Virus record (IMG/VR): IMGVR_UViG_2831345111_000005
Length of the DNA: 64,000 nt
Direction: 5' to 3' (one strand)
Source of the DNA: an uncultured virus (IMG/VR IMGVR_UViG_2831345111_000005)
Taxonomy: Duplodnaviria; Heunggongvirae; Uroviricota; Caudoviricetes
The notes under the pieces were generated by a model that searched no databases, was not told where the DNA came from, and worked only from the letters and a program-made list of their open reading frames with translations. Position 1 is the first letter of the stretch. Every line of letters starts with the position of its first letter. Positions 50,747 through 58,717 of this stretch are shown in pieces. The translations under genes were made by a program, and so were the position numbers.

Positions 50747-51010
50747 GATGTCCTCTCTGTTCGCCCTATCCTTTGCTAAAGCCAAAGTATAAAGCATGTG
50801 TTTAACAATTCCACTGATGTACCCTGGATGAGTGCCTCAGTCAGTATAGGCTTGGGATAGTGCAATACTGTCCATCCAGAATTCGGCTAGACGCCCGCGT
50901 TGAGTCTTGTTACTCCGTGGTGCGAGACAACCCCGTAAGGCCTCCCGGGAGGATAGCGGGACTGCCGAACCTATACTTGACCTGGCAATACAGCCAGTTG
51001 AGGGAAAATC

Positions 51011-51280
51011 ATGAAATCGAAGATTATTAAATTTGTCGTTGATGGGTTCGTAAGTGTCGCGATTCTAGGGCTATTTGCGGTGGTGATGGCCAGTTGTTCA
51101 AAAGCCCCGCCTGCGGTGCAAGCAAGGGCTGACGCAGCAGAGCGCGCCGCAGTACTGCGCAATCTGGAATACTTCAAGGACAAGTTCGGTCTCTGTTACA
51201 CCGACCTGACCGACATTGATTCTCATGGGCACAAAACACACAGCATCACCAATGTTCCCTGTAACCGAGTTGGTCTTTAA
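51011..51280 (+). CDS. putative lipoprotein
   Basis: Hydrophobic segment then MASC lipobox-like motif. Confidence 0.6.
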   Translation: MKSKIIKFVVDGFVSVAILGLFAVVMASCSKAPPAVQARADAAERAAVLRNLEYFKDKFGLCYTDLTDIDSHGHKTHSITNVPCNRVGL

Positions 51281-51312
51281 CTCACTACGCCACTGCATAA
51301 GTGGCGTTTTTT

Positions 51313-51504
51313 ATGGAGATTCCAATGCCGGAAACCAACCAGTCGCTATCCGACCGCAAGAAGCAGCACGACGACTTTATGGCGCTACTCGAAACAGGCG
51401 CGCACCTCGATACGACCTTCCTGCCCATCGAGCCTTATCTGGTTGGATTATCGAATATCAGGGATGTGACTTTGCCTGTAGCGAGCGTACACAGAAAATC
51501 ATGA
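51313..51504 (+). CDS. small hypothetical protein
   Basis: Short ORF; start uncertain. Confidence 0.4.
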   Translation: MEIPMPETNQSLSDRKKQHDDFMALLETGAHLDTTFLPIEPYLVGLSNIRDVTLPVASVHRKS

Positions 51505-51518
51505 TGACCTAACACGAT

Positions 51519-51591
51519 ACCCCCGTAGCTCAGTGGAAGAGTATCGGCATCCGAAGCCGATGGTCGGTGAGTTCAAGTCTCCCCGGGGGTG
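51519..51591 (+). tRNA. tRNA-Arg(CCG), CCA not encoded
   Basis: TCGGC-ATCCGAA-GCCGA. Confidence 0.85.
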
Positions 51592-51599
51592 CCCTTGTA

Positions 51600-51628
51600 T
51601 TGACATATTTGGCTATTTGTGGCATAAT
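51600..51628 (+). promoter_or_regulatory. sigma70-type promoter upstream of the ncRNA block
   Basis: TTGACA-17 nt-CATAAT. Confidence 0.65.
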
Positions 51629-51666
51629 TAACAAACTGACTGAGGCGAACGGTAATTCGTCTTTAG

Positions 51667-51827
51667 GCTTATCTGCCCAGCAGCGAAAGAATCCGCGCAG
51701 GCTGAGTTGGCAACTCCAGCCGAGCAAACCTCGACCAGGCAAACTTGGGCTAGGCGTGCGCGAGATACCGCAAAGCAGGTCGCCAACCTGTCCTTGCCCT
51801 TACGGGCAGGCTGCTGGGCAGATAAGC
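51667..51827 (+). ncRNA. structured RNA closed by a perfect 18-bp stem
   Basis: GCTTATCTGCCCAGCAGC / GCTGCTGGGCAGATAAGC. Confidence 0.55.
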
Positions 51828-51828
51828 T

Positions 51829-52036
51829 TGATGTCATTTGCAATGTCGTAGCTCAGATAAACGAAGGGTTTGGCGTGATTACGGCCGTAGTCGCGTCGAG
51901 CTTCTAGTTGCGATAAAGCGCTTGAAAGTCGATGAGTGCGCACGATTCGATAAGTAGGGCGTGGAAAGCTTTAGAGAGCGCCATCACGTGGAGTGGTGGA
52001 GGTCGTCCCGGCGGACCGGCATTGCAAATGGCATCA
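51829..52036 (+). ncRNA. structured RNA closed by a 20-bp stem (2 G-U pairs)
   Basis: TGATGTCATTTGCAATGTCG / CGGCATTGCAAATGGCATCA. Confidence 0.55.
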
Positions 52037-52041
52037 AAATT

Positions 52042-52132
52042 GGCGAGGTGGCTGAGTGGTTTAAAGCGCGCGTCTCGAAAATGCGAGGTCGTGATGAACG
52101 GCCCCAGGGTTCGAATCCCTGCCTCGCCGCCA
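52042..52132 (+). tRNA. tRNA-Ser(CGA)
   Basis: CGCGT-CTCGAAA-ATGCG, long V arm, GCCA end. Confidence 0.9.
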
Positions 52133-52214
52133 GTTAACTTAACATTGATATTGCCAATATGCTTATTTTGCATATACTGCCAATTCAATTGCTCTTTAAC
52201 AAAAAAACGAACTC

Positions 52215-52493
52215 GCATTACACAGCTGCGGCGTGGATAGGACACGCTAGGCACGGTGCAGAAACATGAAATCCAGACTCGAAAAGACTCATATCCGGCT
52301 CCTAGTGAGAAGCGGTGGTTAGTTAGAGCCTACACGCCAATTAGCGTTGGCTATCGGTATCGTTCACGAGATTCAGTTGGACTGCGAAGGTGCTGATAGG
52401 AAAATGGAGTGGGCTACGCTGACGAGCGCCCCACCGGAGGGCACTGGCAGTGTGTGTCTGAGCTGGAATCAAGCCCAGCCGGCTGTGTAATGC
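52215..52493 (+). ncRNA. large tRNA-like RNA, paralogue 1
   Basis: Closing stem GCATTACACAGCTG/CGGCTGTGTAATGC, D-like GCGTGGATAGGACACGC, T-like GCTGGAATCAAGCCCAGC. Confidence 0.6.
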
Positions 52494-52499
52494 AAGTTT

Positions 52500-52700
52500 T
52501 GAATATAGTTTCGACAGCCGCGGCGTGGTTTGACACGCTACGAAGCTGGTAAGTAAGCGAGTGGAAAGGCGCAACGCATCTGGAGGCATCCGGATTAAGT
52601 CGAGGTAGCCCACTCCGGGGTTGACTGTCTCAGCCATGGTTTGCAGCCATGTACCTCCCCAAAGCAGGGTTCGCTCTGCCGGCTGTCGAAACTATATTCA
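52500..52700 (+). ncRNA. large tRNA-like RNA, paralogue 2
   Basis: Perfect 21-bp closing stem; D-like GCGTGGTTTGACACGC, T-like GCAGGGTTCGCTCTGC. Confidence 0.6.
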
Positions 52701-52744
52701 GCGCGATTCTGCATGTGCTTGCACAGGCATGGCGCGATGAATAT

Positions 52745-53608
52745 TCCCGCATGGGGGTGATAGCTGCAGTGATGCAGTCAAAGCGAGGTAGCCCACTAAC
52801 TCGCGCCTGTCCGCAAACAGGTCAATCCATGCAAGCCTCCCTGGCGCCGTGAGGCGCGCTTCGCTGACAAGAGCGGCGGAGCTAGGGGTAAAGCGTGTGG
52901 ATGGGAAAGAACTTTGCCTTACGGGCCGGCCTTACGGCTGGGAACCCGTGGTATTGAACAGCAGCGGGTGGTGCCGCGGTCCAGCCAAACCAAACACGTT
53001 AATCCGGACGGGAAAGGGTAGCGTTGTTGTCGTAGATGCCCTCAATGGCGACAACGCAGATTTAAGGGTAATGGCATAGGCCCCGCTGGGACCATGACAG
53101 AATCCTGAAAATCGGTTGAGTATCCGGCAGGAGAAAGACATGCTGCGAAGCGTATTCTGTGTCTCAAAAGGACATGGAGCGTTTGGACACGCTCGCGGCG
53201 GTGGGTTGCAATAGCTCAATTGGAAGAGCGTCAGAATTGATAATCTGAAGGCTGTGGATTCGAACTCCACTCGCATTTAAACGCAAAGTCGTGTCCGACA
53301 GCACATGAAAGTGGCTTAATTCTGCCCACGGCGACGTGAAGGCAGACATCCAAAGCTCGCAAAGCTGAGGGTGTTGATTGGAATCCGCACGTAGAGGCTG
53401 CAACCTCGAACGGCTCGCAAGGTCGGCGGTAGGACGATAATCGAGTAGTGTGTTGTGTCATGGAGGAAGCCTTCCTTGGCGAAAGCCTAAAACGGCAGCC
53501 ACGGTGCCCGACTCCTTTGAGGGGTGGATAAGCCAGAAACGCTGGGACGCAAGCCCGGCGATAACCTGAGCGAACGGGGTGCTATTAAAGCTGTAATCTC
53601 AAGCTTTT
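52745..53608 (+). ncRNA. GOLLD-like large ncRNA (5' boundary uncertain) with an embedded tRNA-Ile(GAU)-like module at ~53205-53278
   Basis: ~0.9 kb with no credible ORF and dense hairpins, inside a tRNA array, with an embedded tRNA. 3' motif order CTCGCAAGG..CGAGTAGTG..CTAAAAC..GTGGATAAG..GAAAC..CTGTAATCTCAAGC resembles the GOLLD 3' domain as I recall it; not verified by a covariance-model search. Confidence 0.65.
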
Positions 53609-53725
53609 ATCTCAAGAGTGAATGCTTTTGAGGATGTGCTCATCGAGGACATCCTTAAGTGTAGTTACTACCGCCGCGAGTTAAACCCCGCGTCGAATAG
53701 CAGAGCGACTCAAAAGCGTCGCTCA

Positions 53726-53900
53726 ATCCATGGAGCACTGGCGTGCAACAGTTCTTATAAAACTGTGTTGAAATGTCATATGTTGGCGCAACTCCAACCT
53801 TCGCCGTCGATGGTGATGTCGCCCAGTAGCCGGGCGTCGCAGGACAGCTTCCTGCGGCTCGACAGCTAAACAAGCCGGTTCAATTCCGGCGCCATGGTTC
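53726..53900 (+). ncRNA. tRNA-like RNA with a UAU anticodon arm and a ~110-nt variable region
   Basis: D arm GCAC-TGGC-GTGC, CAGTT-CTTATAA-AACTG, T arm GCCGGTTCAATTCCGGC, CCATGG pairing. Confidence 0.55.
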
Positions 53901-53917
53901 AGTATGAAATGACAATG

Positions 53918-54411
53918 ATGGAACTTGAGGCCTACGGGCAACTTTACGCAATACGAAACTCAGGCTTGACCTATGTTGGTCAGGCTTTGGGGTCTTCATT
54001 GCGTAGGTGGCGGAACATTTGAGATTGCTTCAGTGTGGAAGACATCATTGTCGGCCTCTTCAAAGGGTATTTGACGAAGTTGGCCTTGTTGGGGTGACAT
54101 TCCAAGTTCTAAAAGATATGGTTCCGCATACCATGTTGGATTATGAGGAATTTACCTTTACCGTGAACCTGGGTGGCATTAATGCGCCTCCTGTTAAAGC
54201 CGTGAAAGAAAAAACAAAGCAAGAAATTATTGGTGAGCTAAAAAATGGTGATGCCTATCGCACTATTGCGGCGAAGCATAATGTGTCTTTGGGCTATATA
54301 TCAAAAATAAAGACTCAATATCTACCAGTGCGAACAAGGTCCGCATGCTTGAAGCGTCATTTTGAACTTGGCTTCAGAGCGGGGTTTAGGTCATGCGGCT
54401 CTCGTTGTTGA
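53918..54411 (+). pseudogene. frameshifted GIY-YIG homing-endonuclease-like gene with a C-terminal HTH-like region
   Basis: Frame 1 reads MELEAYGQLYAIRNSGLTYVGQALGSSLRRW (stop at 54020-54022); the -1 frame continues AEHLRLLQCGRHHCRPLQRVFDEVG..FQVL. Confidence 0.65.
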
Positions 54412-54935
54412 ACAGGCCTTCTGGGTATCACCAGTAGGCCATCTGAAACACAATCGGCCTTAATTTGGGATGCCTACTGCAGTTGGCTAACCAGACGGCT
54501 CGGGGCCGCAGAATACCGAGCCGGCATATTGAATTCAGGTGAAACCCTTGCATAAGGGCCGGGAGGGATGTCTCTCTTTGGGGTGATGGGCACATCATGA
54601 GTAACCTAAATCTGCTTCTTCTTGGCGCTTCGGCGCGACAAAGGTGGACCTGCGAGCCGGAGAAGTAGTATCGGGGCCAAATTCTCAAAGCGCGTTATCT
54701 CACGCTTCCATTGCAGTTGATGACATCCTGTCATCTATCTCTGCATCACCGACATAATGCTGTCGGTACATTAATCCAAATAAAATTTTGCGCACCTGCG
54801 CTTTAACGCTTAGGTTATTGAGCTCAGCCATTCAATTCCATTATTAAATGTAAGGTTGCTTTACAGGACATAAATATCTGCATATACTGTAACTAACAAT
54901 ATAGTATTTGTCTACGATAGTTCCACCTGTACGCC

Positions 54936-55850
54936 ATGCCTAAATTTAACAAGATATTTGTTGCCTCACTGCTCTCGCTTTTTGCGTGCGCAGCCATCCC
55001 TGCCACTTGGGGGGTCGTAAAAAATGTTGGCTCAGCCAACATGACCTGGCATGCTGTTTCGTCAGGCAATACAGCAAATCTTACCTGGCATAAGCTAGGC
55101 TCTATTACTTGCACCTTCTCCAATAAGGTTACCTTTACAGCAAACACGTCCTGGACGGTTCCGGGGACAGGCTGCGGAACTATACGCGTGAAAGCCTGGG
55201 GAGCTGGAGGTAATGGTGGTGCCTTCAATTATTATGGCGGCGGCGGCGGATTTGGTCAGGCAGATGTACCTGCCCCCGCAGGCTCAACCCTATTGGTTGC
55301 TGTCGGGGGTGGTGCCAAATACCTTGCTGGGGCATCTGCTGGCGGTACTAATGGAGGGGGCGGTAGTTCCTCGAACACCTCAACTGGAGGTGGAGGTTAT
55401 TCTGGGGTATTTAAGAATAATTCAGCCTCCCAAGCTAATGCATTGGTCATGGCTGGGGGTGGCGGGGGTGGCGTTCTTGCTGCGGGTGGTGCGGGAGGTG
55501 GCTCTGCTGGTGCGGCAGGTGGTGGGTCAAGTTGTGGGGGAGGCGGAACACAATCTGGAGGAGGTGGCTCAGGTGGGTCTATGGGCTCTGCTGGGTCTGC
55601 TCTCCAAGGCGGTAGTGGGCTCTCAAATCTATCGGGGGCAGGAGGCGGTGGCGGCTATTTCGGCGGGGGCGCTGGCTATGCAGGTGGCGGCGGTTCTGGC
55701 TATATCGTCCCCGGGGCGTCTAACTCAAGACTACTGAATGGCTCCGGTTCGGCTGTAGCTAATTCAGGAGATACGGACTACGTCGCAGGAAAGGGGAACG
55801 GGGTTCAAGCCACAAACGCTCAGCCTGGATATGTTGTAATATACTATTAA
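54936..55850 (+). CDS. secreted glycine-rich protein (adhesin/fibre-like)
   Basis: Signal peptide, TWHKLG, WTVP...RVKAWGAGG, Gly-rich body, C-term GYVVIYY. Confidence 0.75.
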   Translation: MPKFNKIFVASLLSLFACAAIPATWGVVKNVGSANMTWHAVSSGNTANLTWHKLGSITCTFSNKVTFTANTSWTVPGTGCGTIRVKAWGAGGNGGAFNYYGGGGGFGQADVPAPAGSTLLVAVGGGAKYLAGASAGGTNGGGGSSSNTSTGGGGYSGVFKNNSASQANALVMAGGGGGGVLAAGGAGGGSAGAAGGGSSCGGGGTQSGGGGSGGSMGSAGSALQGGSGLSNLSGAGGGGGYFGGGAGYAGGGGSGYIVPGASNSRLLNGSGSAVANSGDTDYVAGKGNGVQATNAQPGYVVIYY

Positions 55851-55882
55851 ATATGCTATAGTTTAACCTTCACAAAATCATC

Positions 55883-55959
55883 CGGGGTATAGCTCAGCTT
55901 GGTAGAGCGCTGCGTTCGGGACGCAGAGGCCGCGTGTTCAAATCACGCTACCCCGACCA
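55883..55959 (+). tRNA. tRNA-Pro(CGG)
   Basis: CTGCG-TTCGGGA-CGCAG, CCA. Confidence 0.9.
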
Positions 55960-55967
55960 AATTTTCC

Positions 55968-56043
55968 GGGCCAATAGCTCAGTTGGGAGAGCGCCGCGTT
56001 CGCAACGCGGAGGTCGGGAGTTCGAACCTCCTTCGGTCCACCA
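55968..56043 (+). tRNA. tRNA-Ala(CGC)
   Basis: G3-U70, CCGCG-TTCGCAA-CGCGG, CCA. Confidence 0.9.
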
Positions 56044-56060
56044 AGATTGAGTCATACATC

Positions 56061-56309
56061 ATGCGCCATAACTACATCAAACAAGGCTCTGGAGCACATT
56101 GGGCAGCCAACACCGACGGGTATGGGCGCATCCTGGTACAACTGGGAGATACCTTTGGAGACCAGGCACGTGTAGTGCTTACACAAGAAGAGGCTCTAGC
56201 TCTCATCCAGGGTATTCTGACTACCGCTCTGAAAGCTGCCGCTGAGCCTAAAATCGAGGAGCTGTATGGCCTCATCAGTCGATATCCAGAAACGTCAAAG
56301 GAATTGTAA
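56061..56309 (+). CDS. hypothetical protein
   Basis: ORF after the tRNA; the track's upstream extension is tRNA sequence. Confidence 0.5.
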   Translation: MRHNYIKQGSGAHWAANTDGYGRILVQLGDTFGDQARVVLTQEEALALIQGILTTALKAAAEPKIEELYGLISRYPETSKEL

Positions 56310-56424
56310 TGCTCGCTTCTAAATTATCCCTCAACAAGTTCATCCTGCGGTAGGCCGACAGCTCTTGAGTAGCGCGGGAGGGTCCCGCGTGGCGGTCGGT
56401 CACCGTCCCTAGAGGACGAGCAAG

Positions 56425-56646
56425 ATGAACAAATCAATGAAACGCGCCTTGCGTCGGCATCATGCCGCGCGAGTGAAGAAAAACCGTCGATATCACTGGG
56501 GCCGGGATATGAGCCTCGAGCCTACTATGTGGGCTGTTCTTATTAACACGCCAACCCCATGCTCATGTGCATCATGTGGTAATCCAAGGAAATATCTGGG
56601 AGAGCTCACCATCCAGGAGCTACGTCACCTCCAGCTTGATGAGTGA
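56425..56646 (+). CDS. small basic CxCxxC protein
   Basis: RALRRHH..R, TPTPCSCASCGNPRK..LTIQE; GAGGA RBS in a hairpin. Confidence 0.7.
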   Translation: MNKSMKRALRRHHAARVKKNRRYHWGRDMSLEPTMWAVLINTPTPCSCASCGNPRKYLGELTIQELRHLQLDE

Positions 56647-56698
56647 CTAAATACCAGGATGTTTCCTATACATCCTAGTATTTTACTTGGGTATTCTT

Positions 56699-57601
56699 AT
56701 GCGTTACTTTGCAAAACTCATGTTGGGCATTTTGGCCGCTATGTCATGTGCGGCCTCGGCGGCTGTATGGTCACCAATTTCAAGCTTCACTGCGGCGAAT
56801 AAATGGAACGGCATCTGCGTAACTTCTGGAGCGGCGAACACTTGGCACAAGCTGGGCCCCTGTTCTGCCTATGATATTGCGCTTACAGTAAGTTCCAACC
56901 AAACAAATTACAACGTCAGAACCGCAGCTATTGCCGCTGGATGGGACGGAGTCACCCCGGTCAGTGTGGGCGTCACCATCAATAGTGGTGTTGTTATCTC
57001 CTCATCAACGACAAGCACTGCGGCATTTGTATCTGGGTCATTCCCGGCTGGAAGTTCGCTCACCATCGCTAATAGCGGTCGTATTGAAGGCCGGGGCGGT
57101 AATGGGGGTAAAGGTGGGGGGCTTGGAGGCGCAGGCTCTGCGGGGGGAGCTGGAGGTGCGGCAGTTAGCGTTACCGTTCCAACGACCATTAATAACATCG
57201 GAACCATTTATGGGGGAGGTGGAGGTGGCGGTGGCGGACAAGTCGCAGGCACACACCTTAACTCTGGTGGCGGCGGTGGTGGTGGCGGTGTAGGGGTCTC
57301 ATCCGGTGGAGCTGGCGGTACAGGCGCTGCAGCGGGCGCTTCATCAGGAGCGGGCGGAACAATTTCAGCTGCTGGCGCAGGTGGCGCCGGAGGTAATAAC
57401 GGCGGGGGTTACATCGGCGGAAGCGGAGGTGCTGGCGGCGGTTATGGAGCAGCCGGGGCATCCGGCGGAACAGCATCAACCACTGGGCCATACGGCCCCT
57501 ATGCGGGTGGTGCTGCAGGTGCTGCCGTACAGGCTAATGGATATACGCTGACCTGGACGTCCGGGAATAATTCCACCCAGGTTAAAGGCCCGATTCAATG
57601 A
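56699..57601 (+). CDS. secreted glycine-rich protein (adhesin/fibre-like), related to 54936-55850
   Basis: Signal peptide, TWHKLG, N.G.I.G.GG.GG motifs, Gly-rich body. Confidence 0.75.
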   Translation: MRYFAKLMLGILAAMSCAASAAVWSPISSFTAANKWNGICVTSGAANTWHKLGPCSAYDIALTVSSNQTNYNVRTAAIAAGWDGVTPVSVGVTINSGVVISSSTTSTAAFVSGSFPAGSSLTIANSGRIEGRGGNGGKGGGLGGAGSAGGAGGAAVSVTVPTTINNIGTIYGGGGGGGGGQVAGTHLNSGGGGGGGGVGVSSGGAGGTGAAAGASSGAGGTISAAGAGGAGGNNGGGYIGGSGGAGGGYGAAGASGGTASTTGPYGPYAGGAAGAAVQANGYTLTWTSGNNSTQVKGPIQ

Positions 57602-57626
57602 TGCTCTTGAAATTGTAAAACATGAG

Positions 57627-57710
57627 GTCCCGGTGGCGGAATTTGGTAGACGCGCCGTTCTCAAAAATCGGTTCGAAAGAGTGCGGGTTCGAATCCCGCC
57701 TGGGACACCA
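57627..57710 (+). tRNA. tRNA-Leu(CAA)
   Basis: CTCAAAA loop, Leu-type D arm, CCA. Confidence 0.9.
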
Positions 57711-57737
57711 TCTTAATTGTTCGTTTTGGTACTAATA

Positions 57738-58268
57738 ATGCGCATATTTTACGATACCGAATTCACGTCTCTGTCAGCAGCGGCCGAACTTATTTCCGCT
57801 GGATTCGTCACCGAACACGGGCAAGAGTTCTACATTGAGTTCGATGGCATTGCAAAGTCCGAGTGTTCGGACTTTGTACTCGAAATCGTCTACCCGATGC
57901 TACGCGCACCTGGCGTTATCGTCAGCTCTCCCTTGATGGCCGCCCAGCACATCATCGACTGGCTCGCTGCTCAAGCTGCGTATGTGCGGCTGGTCTCGGA
58001 CAACAATTATGACAGCTACTTGATGAGCAAACTGTTTCACAAACTGCTCGATTACAAGTCCAAAATAGAAGGTTACCGTCAAGAGGTTTCGCCCAATCTC
58101 AACATCAAATACGAACACCTAGGCTTTCCCGACTATGTGGCGGCAAAGGAATTTAAGAGGGCCTGTGAAGACTACTTCCTGGACCATCCTGACTGCCAAC
58201 ACCATGCGCTCCATGACGCCCGCTCACTCAAGCATGGGGTCATGCGAAGTGAGGGGTATTACTCTTGA
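57738..58268 (+). CDS. DEDDh 3'-5' exoribonuclease-like protein
   Basis: IFYDTEFT, LIS.G.V, FY, YD, HHALHDAR. Confidence 0.8.
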   Translation: MRIFYDTEFTSLSAAAELISAGFVTEHGQEFYIEFDGIAKSECSDFVLEIVYPMLRAPGVIVSSPLMAAQHIIDWLAAQAAYVRLVSDNNYDSYLMSKLFHKLLDYKSKIEGYRQEVSPNLNIKYEHLGFPDYVAAKEFKRACEDYFLDHPDCQHHALHDARSLKHGVMRSEGYYS

Positions 58269-58335
58269 CAATTTTAGCTATTTTTGCTACTATTTAGGCT
58301 CACGATACGCACTTGTTAACAAGTGGCGTTATCAA

Positions 58336-58629
58336 TTGTGCCATCGGGCGGTAGGCTTAGAAGCAGCCAGCTGGGCGAGACCCAGCAATCCGATAATGAG
58401 TGGTGATAGGCGCACGTGACCGTGGAGAGATTCACCCTGATGAATCCCACAGACCCGTGAGACTCGCGGGAACTGGAAGCAGGGCAAAGGCGAATGTTAC
58501 TGAAGGACCTGGTTGGGATGAGCATGAGACTCTTCCGGGTGAAGGAAGTCGCTTGGAAACAAGGTTGCTAGGGCGTAGCTCCCTGAAATGTCCAATAACC
58601 TTTAGCGTAGCAGCACACCTTTGGCACAA
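58336..58629 (+). ncRNA. ncRNA containing a split 23S rRNA L11-binding-domain (H43/H44) mimic
   Basis: GTAGGCTTAGAAGCAGCCA (58351-58369) and AGCGTAGCAGCACAC (58604-58618), closed by TTGTGCCA/TGGCACAA. Confidence 0.65.
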
Positions 58630-58634
58630 CAATT

Positions 58635-58712
58635 GGGCCTTAAGCTCATACGGTATGAGCACCCGACTCATAATCGGAAGGTACATGGGTTCGAACCCCT
58701 GAAGGCCCACCA
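58635..58712 (+). tRNA. tRNA(CAU), probably Ile2 (lysidine) type
   Basis: GGGCCTT/AAGGCCC, CCGA-CTCATAA-TCGG, ACCA. Confidence 0.8.
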
Positions 58713-58717
58713 CACAT

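Noticed and set aside
56353..56425. HDV-like/theta ribozyme upstream of the CxCxxC ORF (also considered at 47260-47330)
   Set aside because: P1-like pairing exists, but I could not build P3, P1.1, P2 or the catalytic J4/2; simple hairpins explain it.
58336..58629. True 23S rRNA gene
   Set aside because: Only two short H43/H44 segments match; the rest is not recognisably rRNA.
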